This document shows, in pieces, positions 46,979 through 57,409 of a DNA stretch of 64,000 nt; within the stretch, counting starts at the first letter, position 1; every line of letters starts with the position of its first letter. The position numbers and the translations under genes were made by a program. The notes under the pieces were generated by a model. The model did not search any database. It was given only the letters and a program-made list of their open reading frames with translations, and was not told where the DNA came from. Where the stretch lies: positions 3,136,001 through 3,200,000 of the forward strand of contig CBDDIJ010000003.1 of assembly GCA_965228855.1 (NCBI GenBank). The letters run 5' to 3'. Origin of the DNA: Candidatus Obscuribacterales bacterium. GTDB taxonomy: Bacteria; Cyanobacteriota; Vampirovibrionia; Obscuribacterales; Obscuribacteraceae.

Positions 46979-47998
46979 ATGAAAATCAAAGTTCTGGTCC
47001 TCGGACAATTAAACGAACAACTGTCAAAGCGGCTCGAAAAGATCGCGGAGATTCAGTGCATTCATCGAGAAGAAGCGCTTCCTGAGGACGTTTTACTCGA
47101 ACAGCTTCGTGACAAGGATGCGGTGGTCAGCGAACCGCTCGACACCATATCCAGTGCCATCATGGACTCTTCACCAAACCTGAAGGTGATCGCCAATCGC
47201 GCAGTCGGGTTCGACAACGTTGAAATTCCGGAAGCAACGAAGCGGGGGATAATCGTCACGAATACCCCGGGAGTGCTGGATGCGGCAACTGCTGACCTGG
47301 CGATGGCGTTGCTGCTTTCGACTACGCGACGAGTCTGCGAAGCCGATCGGTATGTTCGCGCCGGGAAGTGGAGCGGGTTTAAGAGCGATCTGATGCTCGG
47401 TCCGGACCTCGACGGCAAAACCATGGGTATCATCGGCATGGGCCGAATTGGCAAGGCTTTTGCTAAGCGAGCCGGCGCCTTTGGTTTAAAACTAATATAT
47501 TCACGCTCCTCCTCGCCGGACGAGACGGACAAGCAACTTACAGCAGAACTTGGAGCAAGACGTGTCGCGCTGGATGAGCTTCTGCAAAGCTCCGACTTCA
47601 TAAGTATCCATTGCCCCTTAAATGCCGAGACTCGCGGACTAATCGGTCAACGCCAACTCGACCTGATGAAACCTGAGTGCATTCTGATTAACACTGCCCG
47701 CGGTGCCATAATTGACGAGTCGGCACTGGTATCGCATTTAGTGAACGGCAAAATTCTGGGAGCCGGACTTGATGTCTTCGCCCATGAGCCAAACGTTCCT
47801 GAAGAGCTGCTCTTGCTGGATAACGTGGTTCTCCTGCCCCATATCGGCTCGGCGTGTTTCGAGACGCGTTTTCGAATGTCGGAGCTTGCAGTCGATTCGA
47901 TTATCAGCGCATTTGGCGGTGAGCGCCCGCCAAACATCGTAAACGCTGACGCGTGGGACGAGCAGAAGTGGACCACCAGAGCTAAGGAGCGAGGATAA
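46979..47998 (+). CDS. D-isomer-specific 2-hydroxyacid dehydrogenase (glyoxylate reductase / D-glycerate dehydrogenase)
   Basis: 'VGFDNV', 'NTPGVL', 'GMGRIG', 'INTARG', 'LDVFAHEP', 'PHIGSA'. Confidence 0.92.
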   Translation: MKIKVLVLGQLNEQLSKRLEKIAEIQCIHREEALPEDVLLEQLRDKDAVVSEPLDTISSAIMDSSPNLKVIANRAVGFDNVEIPEATKRGIIVTNTPGVLDAATADLAMALLLSTTRRVCEADRYVRAGKWSGFKSDLMLGPDLDGKTMGIIGMGRIGKAFAKRAGAFGLKLIYSRSSSPDETDKQLTAELGARRVALDELLQSSDFISIHCPLNAETRGLIGQRQLDLMKPECILINTARGAIIDESALVSHLVNGKILGAGLDVFAHEPNVPEELLLLDNVVLLPHIGSACFETRFRMSELAVDSIISAFGGERPPNIVNADAWDEQKWTTRAKERG

Positions 47999-47999
47999 G

Positions 48000-49391
48000 T
48001 TGGCTAATCAAAAGCTTCTGAACAAACTTTGGTTTGCATACATCTCTGCTCTGATCATGTGGACGGCATTGACCTATAGCAACCTTGTGCAGGCCTATGT
48101 TTTCAATCAATCGTTCGCTTATGTGCAAGAAAGTCCGGAACATCCTGATGACCCGTTTGTTTACACCGCGGATTTTCTGCTCTATTACAACGACGCCGTC
48201 ATGTCCTGGGAATGCGCCAGGGGTAATAAGATCGACGTCTGGGACCCGCAACTGCAAAATTCTTATTTGCAAAAGTTGGTACCACACGTTGAGCTGAAGA
48301 AAATTTTCTACTCGCAGTACCCGCCATATCTAATGGTCCTCTGCATGCCGCTTTCGCTGGTCTCGCTCGATACCGCTTATCTCATCTGGGAGTTTCTCGG
48401 ACTGGCAGGAATCATTCTCAGTGTTCGCTCCTTATTATCAACGACGCTAAAAGGCAAATTCGAGCGCGCCTTCACTTACGTAGGCGTTCTCTCTACCTTC
48501 CCAGCCTGGCTGTGTTTTCGGCTAGGACAAATCGGACTGGCAATATTTCCCGCGTTGATGTGGTATTGGGTCGCGCTTGATAGAAAGTATTGGTTTCGCG
48601 CTGGGATGCTTGGCGGTTTTTGTTTGTTGAAACTGCAATACGCGCCGATTCTGTTTATTACAGGCTGTTTTCTCGGAGGATTGCGCTTCTTCGCCGGCTA
48701 CAGTCTCATGGGGCTCATCTATCTGATTGGTTGCATTGCGGTGCTCGGTTTAGATAACGTCCTGCACTATCCGGAAGCGCTCAAGATGGGCGAGATTAGC
48801 GGCGGACAGATAACCGGGGTTTCGCCTGAGTCGCAGCAGAATCTGCGAGGGCAGCTGGTAATTTTGACCGGCAACGATGGCGGAGTCGTTCACCTGGTAG
48901 TGGTCGCGGTTTGGGCTGTCGCTACACTTTATACGGCGTTCTTGTGGTGGAAATATCGAGCAAAAGCTGCGCTGCAGAACGATGACGATCGTCGCAGAAT
49001 GTTCATGATACTTGCCTCAATCACGATGCTGTTGCAACTTGTGACAAGCCCGCACACGCACAAGCAGGACTATATTTTCGTAACGCTGCCGGCGATATGG
49101 CTCATCTATAACGTGGTGGGCAACTATCCGATCGGCGAAGCTGCCATGCCTGGAGTGCGAAACAAGAATCTGATTCTCGCGATTCGCTATTTGCTTCTCG
49201 GATTTCCGATTCTTAGTTGGTTCTTCTTCACTGCGCCACACGTCTCAGGACTCATAGAGCAGAAGATTGGCTTGCACATTCCAGCGCTTCCGATCCAGCC
49301 CTTCTTTCTATATGCAGTCACTCTTATTGTCCTTCTCGGGCTAATTATTCGCGATACCGCCAGCAATACCGACGTTAAAACTGCAGCTTGA
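48000..49391 (+). CDS. GT87 (DUF2029) GT-C glycosyltransferase
   Basis: 'ADFLLYY', 'YPPY', 'LGQ', 'LKLQY', 'SPHTHKQD'; multi-pass membrane protein. Confidence 0.75.
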   Translation: MANQKLLNKLWFAYISALIMWTALTYSNLVQAYVFNQSFAYVQESPEHPDDPFVYTADFLLYYNDAVMSWECARGNKIDVWDPQLQNSYLQKLVPHVELKKIFYSQYPPYLMVLCMPLSLVSLDTAYLIWEFLGLAGIILSVRSLLSTTLKGKFERAFTYVGVLSTFPAWLCFRLGQIGLAIFPALMWYWVALDRKYWFRAGMLGGFCLLKLQYAPILFITGCFLGGLRFFAGYSLMGLIYLIGCIAVLGLDNVLHYPEALKMGEISGGQITGVSPESQQNLRGQLVILTGNDGGVVHLVVVAVWAVATLYTAFLWWKYRAKAALQNDDDRRRMFMILASITMLLQLVTSPHTHKQDYIFVTLPAIWLIYNVVGNYPIGEAAMPGVRNKNLILAIRYLLLGFPILSWFFFTAPHVSGLIEQKIGLHIPALPIQPFFLYAVTLIVLLGLIIRDTASNTDVKTAA

Positions 49392-49413
49392 TCCGCCAAC
49401 CGCTATTAGGAAT

Positions 49414-50562
49414 TCAATTGTTTTCCGAATCGGAAGAAGCAGAATCGGTGCCAGCTTCGGTAAGCTCGTCTTCGTCGAGTTCATCATCGAACACAACGCT
49501 CGGATTGAGCTTTTGCTTTTCACGACGCCTGGAGGCGAAGCGGTATGAGTCCGCCAGTTTGGGAATCATTTTCTTCCCGCCGACGGACTTCACGTGAGAC
49601 TCGACCTTTTGGGAGGTGGTACGCCGGAAGTTATATTCTTCCTGGGCCTCAGCTTGAATCAGAACATAGTTTTCGTATCGACTGCGCGCCACCATAAGCG
49701 GTTCACTTTCCTCAACGCTCTCATCGTCCTCGACGATGTGGTCGATGACAGCGCACTCCTGCTCTACCAGGTGCAGGCAGTTTGAGAACTTACAGTCATT
49801 AGATAGTGCGGCAATCTCCGGGAATTGCCACATAACATCGGCTGGAACAGGATAGCGAATCTCCTGAAGGTTGAACCCTGGCGTATCGGCAACCCAAGTG
49901 GGGGTATCGGGGAACTTATCGGCCAGCACCTGGTAAAGTTTTGAGTACGTAGTCGTCTGGCGCCCGACGCCGAAGTCGTTGTCCATGACACCAATCTTGA
50001 GGTTAAGAGAAGACTCGAGTTTGTTCAAAATACTGGACTTACCGACACCGGACGGGCCGGCGAAAACGGTGATATTGCCCGCCAGAAGCGCGTTCAGCTT
50101 ATCCATCCCCATACCGGTTCTCGCCGAAAGAAGGACGACTTCGTAACCGAGCGGTTCATAAATTCCGCATAAGGTGCGCTGTTGACCCTCGTTGATCAAG
50201 TCACATTTGTTAAAACACAAGATTGGCTTGGCATGCGGTAATTCGAGCTGAAAGTGAACAATGTAACGGTCGCACCACAGCTGGTTCCACTCAGGTTGGC
50301 GAACTGCCTGTACAATTACAACCTGGTCCACATTGGCTAATGGTGGTCTCGTCAGGAGACTCCACCGCTCACGACAGCCCGTGATCACAGCGGTGCCTTG
50401 CTCCAGGTCGACGTCCGTAAGGTCGACTCGGTCTCCGGTCAAAATGGACACACGTTCCTTTTTTAAGCGCTTTCGTGCCTGGCACAGTAAAGACGCCTTC
50501 GACTGAGGTTCAAACACAAGGTGACCACCTGCGTGGCTTCTGAGTACAGTTCCTTCGGTCAT
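49414..50562 (-). CDS. rsgA: Ribosome small subunit-dependent GTPase A
   Basis: Circularly permuted GTPase 'NKCD', 'GPSGVGKSS', 'DTPG'; zinc finger 'CKFSNCLHLVEQEC'. Confidence 0.95.
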   Translation of the reverse strand: MTEGTVLRSHAGGHLVFEPQSKASLLCQARKRLKKERVSILTGDRVDLTDVDLEQGTAVITGCRERWSLLTRPPLANVDQVVIVQAVRQPEWNQLWCDRYIVHFQLELPHAKPILCFNKCDLINEGQQRTLCGIYEPLGYEVVLLSARTGMGMDKLNALLAGNITVFAGPSGVGKSSILNKLESSLNLKIGVMDNDFGVGRQTTTYSKLYQVLADKFPDTPTWVADTPGFNLQEIRYPVPADVMWQFPEIAALSNDCKFSNCLHLVEQECAVIDHIVEDDESVEESEPLMVARSRYENYVLIQAEAQEEYNFRRTTSQKVESHVKSVGGKKMIPKLADSYRFASRRREKQKLNPSVVFDDELDEDELTEAGTDSASSDSENN

Positions 50563-50647
50563 ACGTACCTAGTGCGAAAAACCCATTATCGTCTCAAACG
50601 TGAGTAACATGATTGACTTAAGGATACACCAAAGCGGCGTGCAAACA

Positions 50648-52453
50648 ATGAACGGAAACGGAAACCAGGACCTCTCTCACATTCGAAATATCGCAATCAT
50701 TGCGCACGTCGACCACGGCAAAACGACGCTAGTGGACGGTTTCTTGCACCAGACAGGTGTATTTCGTTCAAACCAGGAAGTGGAAGTCTGTGTAATGGAC
50801 TCCAACGATCTGGAGCGCGAGCGTGGTATCACGATTCTTGCAAAAAACACCGCTGTCCAGTACAAAGACCACCTCATAAACATCGTCGATACGCCCGGGC
50901 ACGCAGACTTCGGTGGAGAAGTCGAGCGCATCCTCGGCATGGTTGACAGCGCTATTCTGGTAGTCGACGCGGCGGAGGGTCCGATGCCTCAAACCCGTTT
51001 CGTGCTTCGTAAAGCACTGGAACGCGGACTGAGACCACTGGTCGTTATCAACAAAATCGATAGACCAAATATCGATCCCCATCCGGCAGTCGATAAGGTT
51101 TTCGACCTGTTTGTAGAGCTCGGAGCGGATCATGACCAGCTCGACTTCCCATATATCTTCGCTTCCGGTGTCAAAGGTATTGCGACCAAAGACCCAGACA
51201 ATGACCCGGGCGAAAACTTGATTCCGCTGATCGATATGATTCTCGAGCACTGCCCGAGTCCCAAAGGCGATCCGAACAAGCCGCTCAAAATGCAAGCGAC
51301 GATTCTCGACTACAGTGACTACCTTGGTCGTATCGCAATCGGTCGTATTTATGATGGTGTCATCAAAGCTAACACTGAAGTTGCATTGATCGATGAGTAC
51401 GGTGCGCGGGTCACCGGCAAGATCACAAAACTGTTCACATTCCACGGGTTGAAGCGTGTCGAGGCCGACAAGGCAGGCGCTGGTGAGATCGTAGCCATCG
51501 CAGGTTTCGCGGATATAAACGTTGGCGATACCGTATGTGATGTCAGCGTAGACGAGGCATTGCCGCGCATCCGCGTTGATGAACCAACAATGAAAATGTC
51601 GTTCCTCGTAAACGACAGTCCGTTCGCCGGTCAGGAAGGCAAGTTCGTCACATCGCGTCAACTGCGAGCTCGCTTATTCAAGGAATTGGAAACCAACGTT
51701 TCCATGCGCGTTGAAGAAACCGACAACACCGACACGTTTATCGTGAGCGGTCGAGGCGAGCTTCACCTGGGCATCTTGATTGAAACGATGCGTCGCGAAG
51801 GATACGAATTCCAGGTATCGCGTCCGGAAGTAATTATGAAGAACGTGGATGGTAAGAACTTCGAGCCGTTCGAAAGACTCGTCATCGATGTGCCGGATGA
51901 GTACACTGGTGCGGTTATGCAGACTCTCGGACCGCGTCGCGGCGAACTGCAAAATATGAACGTCGAAGGTGCAACCGCACTTCTCGAATTCATTATTCCG
52001 ACAAGAGGCTTGATCGGTTTCCGCTCAGAATTCTTGCGAATGACCCGCGGCAACGGCGTTATGAACCACGCCTTCCTCGAGTATCGCGAATACTGCGGCG
52101 ACATCGAAAAACAACGCAACGGCGTTCTCATCGCATGGGAAGAAGGCGTCGCTACCGGTTACGCCATCCAGGCAGCCGAGGATCGCGGTGTGTTCTTCAT
52201 CTCGCCCGGTGTCAGAGTGTATGGTGGCATGGTCGTCGGCGAGCACAGCCGCGCCCAGGACCTCAGCATCAACGTTTGCAAAACCAAGAAACTCACCAAC
52301 ATGCGTTCAGCCGGCGGTGAAGTTCTCGTCGCATTGCAAGCACCAGTCGATATGAACCTGGAGAAATGCCTCGAGTACATCGAATCTGATGAACTCGTAG
52401 AAGTGACTCCGGTTAACGTTCGCATGCGCAAACGTCAGTTGGCTCGCAAGTAA
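50648..52453 (+). CDS. typA: Translational GTPase TypA/BipA
   Basis: '[13 protein letters not shown]', '[11 protein letters not shown]', '[14 protein letters not shown]', 'GRGELHL', 'KKLTNMRS'. Confidence 0.97.
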   Translation: MNGNGNQDLSHIRNIAIIAHVDHGKTTLVDGFLHQTGVFRSNQEVEVCVMDSNDLERERGITILAKNTAVQYKDHLINIVDTPGHADFGGEVERILGMVDSAILVVDAAEGPMPQTRFVLRKALERGLRPLVVINKIDRPNIDPHPAVDKVFDLFVELGADHDQLDFPYIFASGVKGIATKDPDNDPGENLIPLIDMILEHCPSPKGDPNKPLKMQATILDYSDYLGRIAIGRIYDGVIKANTEVALIDEYGARVTGKITKLFTFHGLKRVEADKAGAGEIVAIAGFADINVGDTVCDVSVDEALPRIRVDEPTMKMSFLVNDSPFAGQEGKFVTSRQLRARLFKELETNVSMRVEETDNTDTFIVSGRGELHLGILIETMRREGYEFQVSRPEVIMKNVDGKNFEPFERLVIDVPDEYTGAVMQTLGPRRGELQNMNVEGATALLEFIIPTRGLIGFRSEFLRMTRGNGVMNHAFLEYREYCGDIEKQRNGVLIAWEEGVATGYAIQAAEDRGVFFISPGVRVYGGMVVGEHSRAQDLSINVCKTKKLTNMRSAGGEVLVALQAPVDMNLEKCLEYIESDELVEVTPVNVRMRKRQLARK

Positions 52454-52459
52454 GCTCGA

Positions 52460-54484
52460 TTAATCTGTTGCTTTTCTCGGGCTTCGCTTCGGCAAATATA
52501 AATACCCAAGGTCCTCCTCAATAATGACTTTCGGAGTGCCGTCTCCGAGCGTTCGAAGTTCGTCGTAAACCTTTTGCGCCTCGGTTTCCTGACCTGCTTT
52601 CGATAAAGCGTCCGCGTAGCTCTCCATCGTCGAGCGCAGCAAGTCTTGGTCTGGCTCTTTCATTTTGCGCACGCCATTTATCGCGCGTCGCAGTTGGTCT
52701 GCGGCGGTTTTGTACCGTCCGGCAAGTGACAAAGCACGTCCTGCATCTATCTGTTGCGCAGTCGTCTCAACATCGGCCTCCCCAAGATTCTTTGCCTTGA
52801 TATCGCTTGAGGCAAGGTACATCTTGCCAGCAGCATCATAGTTTCCCCGTCGCTCGAGTTTTTTGCCAGTCTCTGAAAGTCGCTTGGCGAGCGAGATACA
52901 TTCAAGCTGCATGATTCTGTGAGAAGCCTGCTGCTTTAAATCGGCGACCGCGATCTGAAGTTTTTTGTCAGGCTGCTCTTTTAAATCAGCTTCGATTCTC
53001 GAACAAAGGAGAAACTTCGCTCGTGCCGACGGCTCACTTTCAGCTCTCGCCTGAGTGATGAACTCGACGGCCTTCTTCATCGAAGCGTAGAACTCTTGCT
53101 TCTCGCCAATAGTGCGCTGAACTTCCGCAACTGCCACCGCGTTAAATGCAGCACCGATTTTATCGATGGGCATACTATTAACCCACTGTTCGCAGAATCG
53201 CTGAGCAAGTTTTGCTTCTCCGACTTTGATTAATGCCTCCGCAACCATAACTCTGGAGATGGTTTGATCTCGAACCGTGAAAATGTCGGTTGCCGCCATC
53301 CTGAGGGATCTTCCGGATGTGGTTTCCGACGAAATGTCATTGGTCGAAAGAAGCTCTGACTCATGGTCCTTGAAGAGTCGAACAACGTCATCGCGTTTTC
53401 CTAAAGACGCATAGGTGTCCATCGCAGACGAAACCCATAAAGAGGAGAAGTAGTGTTCGAGACCTATTTCGATTGCTGGAAGTCGGTCCTGCAGGTTTTC
53501 GGATGCAAATTTGAGGAGCTTCTGAGTAATAAAAGCAATCGGCATCTGAGCGAGCCCAAACTCGTTTCTACTGAGCCAATCATCAGTGTCTCTGTGCTTT
53601 GCAAGAAGTTCGGCGGCCTCTTTTAACTGCCCCTGCACATTGGACGTTTCGCCTAGCCGCTCTTCGATTGACGCAACCTTCACTAAGTCTAGAGCATAGC
53701 CAATGAAATTTTCAGATGGTTGCTCGATTGCAAGTGAGTCGCGATAGTGCTGCATAGCACTCTTTAAGAAAGCGGTCGATTCAGACTCCGTCGCCAATGG
53801 TGTGAACTTGCGTTTTTCCGATAGCTGCTCAATCGCTTGTTTGAGTTTGAATGCTGAACTTCTATCCATATCCGGCAAGTTAAGCTCGAGAGTAATTCTT
53901 TCGTTTCTCGACGGCTTTCTAAAACGATGCTTCAGAAAGGCGCGCCGAGCAACCGGTATTTTATCGTCGAGCAACTCCAGGTCAGCTCGGCTCAAAAGTA
54001 TCTCGACATCAGCAAGCCTCGACAAACTGCGAGCGTAGAGCCTCTTATACTCCGGTCTGGCTTTCAAATCATCGGCGATACTAGACCACCATCGGCGCGC
54101 TGATATCAAGTCATCATTCGCTTCTTCATTCGCGGCAGTATCAATTGCGCATTGAAGAGAAGGCTCTTTGTGAGCGGCGTATCGGTCCAAAACCATGCTC
54201 CGCTGAAGAGAACGCGTCTGCTGAACCACGGCACCCGCGTGATCACCGTATTCGAGTCCGCGAAAATTGCGAATGGTGGTGGGTGAAACAGTTGGATTCG
54301 CGGGACCGCGCTCCAAGTCTTTGATACCACCGTTTAAAACATCATGATATTCAGCATAGTCAGGACAAGCTCCGTGCTCGTGTTCGGCCCAAGCAGTTTG
54401 CCTTTCACTGCACCAGAACCCAAAAACCGCAACTACTGTCACAGCAAAGCGAAATATCGCAGTTGGCAGTTTCCCCGACGACAT
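52460..54484 (-). CDS. Exported TPR-like helical repeat protein
   Basis: N-terminal signal ending 'AWA'; TPR-like 'RRGNYDAAGKMY', 'AGRYKTAADQL'; GGAG 6 nt before ATG 54484. Confidence 0.7.
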   Translation of the reverse strand: MSSGKLPTAIFRFAVTVVAVFGFWCSERQTAWAEHEHGACPDYAEYHDVLNGGIKDLERGPANPTVSPTTIRNFRGLEYGDHAGAVVQQTRSLQRSMVLDRYAAHKEPSLQCAIDTAANEEANDDLISARRWWSSIADDLKARPEYKRLYARSLSRLADVEILLSRADLELLDDKIPVARRAFLKHRFRKPSRNERITLELNLPDMDRSSAFKLKQAIEQLSEKRKFTPLATESESTAFLKSAMQHYRDSLAIEQPSENFIGYALDLVKVASIEERLGETSNVQGQLKEAAELLAKHRDTDDWLSRNEFGLAQMPIAFITQKLLKFASENLQDRLPAIEIGLEHYFSSLWVSSAMDTYASLGKRDDVVRLFKDHESELLSTNDISSETTSGRSLRMAATDIFTVRDQTISRVMVAEALIKVGEAKLAQRFCEQWVNSMPIDKIGAAFNAVAVAEVQRTIGEKQEFYASMKKAVEFITQARAESEPSARAKFLLCSRIEADLKEQPDKKLQIAVADLKQQASHRIMQLECISLAKRLSETGKKLERRGNYDAAGKMYLASSDIKAKNLGEADVETTAQQIDAGRALSLAGRYKTAADQLRRAINGVRKMKEPDQDLLRSTMESYADALSKAGQETEAQKVYDELRTLGDGTPKVIIEEDLGYLYLPKRSPRKATD

Positions 54485-54648
54485 AAATTTCTCCACGCCT
54501 TTTAGCCATTATATATAAAACTGATTTTGCTCGCTCGCAGTTCCGCTTTTGAAACTGCAAAGGTAAGCAGGGCTTCTAAAACGGGGCGGATTATCGGAAA
54601 AGAATCGGCCTGTGCAGAACCGCCTGAAACAAAATCAGTCTGGTCCAA

Positions 54649-55452
54649 TTAGGCTGGCAGCGGCACGTTGTTGTTTTGTTTATGCACGATATTTTGGAGG
54701 TAGAAAGGCACCATTTCTGACGGCGTCCCATCGCCGACTATCTCTCCCTTGTGCATTACGATTGCACGATTGCAGACTTGATTGACCATCTTCAAATTGT
54801 GCGAGACGAACAAAACAAGATTCGCGCTGTCGATTAGTTCGACCATTCGCGTAATCGCCTTCTCTACAAAACGCTCATCGCCAGTAGAAAAGACCTCGTC
54901 AATCAACAAAATCTCAGGTCGAATTGCAGTCGCGATGGAGAAGGCCAACCTTGCCACCATTCCAGACGAATAATATTTCACCGGCATATCGATAAACTCT
55001 TCTAGTTCTGCAAATTGAATAATGTCGTGTTCCAAACCACGAAGAAGCGCGACTGGTCTGCCTAGCATGACCCAATTGACGAGTATGTTTTCACGTCCGG
55101 TAAGCTGAATGTCAAAACTCGTTCCCAGTTCAATTAGCGGTGTTGTAGAACCGACTATTTCTACAGTTCCGGTTTGAGGAACATAAATTCCACTGATTGT
55201 TTTCAACAGTGTAGATTTTCCGGCGCCATTGAGCCCGATCACACCAACGACCTCGCCGCTTCCGACATTCAAACTCAAATTGTTCAGTGCATTGAACTTC
55301 AATTGCGTCTGGCGCGGTTCTCGCTTCAAACTAACAGTGTTTAAAAACCATTCCTTAATACTGGCGGAACAGTTGCCGTACATGGAGAACTGCAACGTCG
55401 CATCGGCAAGGCGCACGTTTGGTTTCACAGGAGTAGAGAACGGCTTATTCAT
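54649..55452 (-). CDS. wzt: Polysaccharide ABC exporter ATP-binding subunit
   Basis: 'GLNGAGKST', 'YSSGMVARLAF', 'LLIDE', 'VSH'. Confidence 0.9.
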   Translation of the reverse strand: MNKPFSTPVKPNVRLADATLQFSMYGNCSASIKEWFLNTVSLKREPRQTQLKFNALNNLSLNVGSGEVVGVIGLNGAGKSTLLKTISGIYVPQTGTVEIVGSTTPLIELGTSFDIQLTGRENILVNWVMLGRPVALLRGLEHDIIQFAELEEFIDMPVKYYSSGMVARLAFSIATAIRPEILLIDEVFSTGDERFVEKAITRMVELIDSANLVLFVSHNLKMVNQVCNRAIVMHKGEIVGDGTPSEMVPFYLQNIVHKQNNNVPLPA

Positions 55453-55455
55453 GGC

Positions 55456-56298
55456 TCACAGGCGATAGATGATATCGCGCTCCCTCCACAAATATGTTGC
55501 GACGCCTAAAACAAGTGCCACCGCTGCTAGTGCCCAAGCTGTGCACCACTCATTGGCGGTTGGGTATCGACCGTCGCTAATCACGACTCGAACAACATTT
55601 ATCAAGTGATAAAACGGGTTCAAATGATACCACTGGCGCAGGTGCTCAGGCACGGCGTTAAGGGGATACAAGATGGGTGTGAGGTAAAACAAGCCACCAA
55701 GAGCGACACCAATTATGTGAGCGATATCACGAAAATACACGGTCAGTACAGACAGGAAAATCGTGATAGCAAGCGTACAAACTACAACCGGCAATACAGC
55801 AATCGGGAGAGCCAGAGCAGAGGCGTGAAACGGCAGTCCAAGAGCGAACCCGAAGACAGCCAGAGCGATCAAGCTCAGAACGAAATTCGATGTTTCGGTC
55901 AAACCTAAGACCAGCGGGAATACAACCTTAGAAACGGGCAGTTTCTTCAACAACGACTCCGCTTCGACGATTGAACCACAACCAGCAATCATTGTGGAAC
56001 TCATGTAAGACCACGGCAGCAAGCCGCTAAAGATGTAGAGCGCAAAATCACGCGGATCGCGTTTGAAGAAAACAGAGAAGACCATCGTCATAATGGTCAT
56101 CATCAAAAGTGGGTTTAACAGACTCCACACAAAGCCGAGGATAGAACGCTGATAGCGACGTTTCAAATTGTTTGCCACCAGCGTAGGCAAGCAGGCACGA
56201 TAACGCCAGAGGTTTTTCAGCTCGCGAGAAGCGCGCATGGTGAGCGGATCTCGATAGCCATGCGTTAGATATATTTCGGTCGTCACCGTCTGCGACAT
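55456..56298 (-). CDS. wzm: Polysaccharide ABC exporter permease
   Basis: 'KRRYQRSILGFVWSLLNPL', 'VYFRDI', 'FYLTPILYP', 'LNP'. Confidence 0.9.
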   Translation of the reverse strand: MSQTVTTEIYLTHGYRDPLTMRASRELKNLWRYRACLPTLVANNLKRRYQRSILGFVWSLLNPLLMMTIMTMVFSVFFKRDPRDFALYIFSGLLPWSYMSSTMIAGCGSIVEAESLLKKLPVSKVVFPLVLGLTETSNFVLSLIALAVFGFALGLPFHASALALPIAVLPVVVCTLAITIFLSVLTVYFRDIAHIIGVALGGLFYLTPILYPLNAVPEHLRQWYHLNPFYHLINVVRVVISDGRYPTANEWCTAWALAAVALVLGVATYLWRERDIIYRL

Positions 56299-56304
56299 GC
56301 CAGC

Positions 56305-56310
56305 ATTGTA
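56305..56310 (-). promoter_or_regulatory. Candidate -10 box (TACAAT) 6 nt before the wzm ATG; possible leaderless transcript
   Basis: Minus strand reads TACAAT-gctggc-ATG with no Shine-Dalgarno. Confidence 0.45.
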
Positions 56311-56491
56311 TATGCCACAGCAAATATCGGCGCATCAATGAATGCAAATCAATCTCAGAGAGCCGCATGCGCAGCTCGTTTATATACAGAGCAACACAAA
56401 CAGATATCCAGACAGATCACTTTCTCCGACGTGAGGTTTATTGCTCACCTCTCGTGATTTCGTTAGATTGAAAACTAACTCAAGTGGCAAC

Positions 56492-57304
56492 TTAGTCCGG
56501 CTTCAAGAATTCGAATTCAAAACCGCCGTCAGCCGGTTTCTCTTCCTCTGCCTTAACAGGCTTGCGAGCGTCCATTACACCGAGTAGATAGCTCGCCAGA
56601 GTCAAAATGCGAGCGGTTTCAACAAAGCTGAAAACGGAGTTTTGTTGTACGCTGCCATAGCGACCGAGAAATCCAGCAAGCAAGTCGCCGACGCCCTGGT
56701 TGTCGGTCAAGCTGGTTTCCTTGTCGATGAGAATGCCATCTTCCGGATCGAAAGCTTTGCGAACAAGCGCAACACCTGAATCGTTGATGTTGCCGGAGAC
56801 AGCCATCTTTACGGCATCTTCGACTTCTTTGACAGCGAGAACTATCGCCTCTCCAAAGTGGTGGCGCTCGAAAGGTTTCCAACAAATGTGATAAATCTGG
56901 GGATGCAACTGCGCCGCCATAAATTCACCGCACGGCGGTTCAGGAATCATTGGCAGCACCTTGTGGAGCCCGACCAGCCGATCCAGTTTTCCTTTTACGA
57001 CGTGAGGAAACTCGTCGCAATCACGCTCGAAATCATCCAATTTAAAGCTCGGTTCGAAATAAACGTTGGACGCAAAGTGCAATGCCGGTGCTTCGCCAGT
57101 AAAGCACTGCTTGAGAATGTTGCTGGTTTCCAGCGTCCATTCCCATTCCTGTTTTTTCAGCGCCTGCATGATTTCAGGACTGGCTGCACGCTCTTTGATT
57201 AGCTTCGCGCCCTTCTGCGCCGCCGCCTCGATTGAATGCTGCACCTTATCCCGCGGGATCGCGAGCGTCAACCCGAGAGCTGGGACAGCGGGAAGCTGAT
57301 TCAT
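56492..57304 (-). CDS. TIGR02391 / Ymh-like (HEPN-fold) domain protein
   Basis: 'LHPQI...EAIVLAVKEVEDAVK...SGVALVRKAFDPEDGIL...QGVGDLLAG...ARILTLASYLL'. Confidence 0.7.
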   Translation of the reverse strand: MNQLPAVPALGLTLAIPRDKVQHSIEAAAQKGAKLIKERAASPEIMQALKKQEWEWTLETSNILKQCFTGEAPALHFASNVYFEPSFKLDDFERDCDEFPHVVKGKLDRLVGLHKVLPMIPEPPCGEFMAAQLHPQIYHICWKPFERHHFGEAIVLAVKEVEDAVKMAVSGNINDSGVALVRKAFDPEDGILIDKETSLTDNQGVGDLLAGFLGRYGSVQQNSVFSFVETARILTLASYLLGVMDARKPVKAEEEKPADGGFEFEFLKPD

Positions 57305-57409
57305 TTTTCTTACCTCGATTCAAAGAGTCGGTCGATCGAAGGGCTACCAGTGGAAACAGTTTATTTTACTGCTTTGAACATAACTATTGGTCATTGCTAA
57401 GGGAATCTT

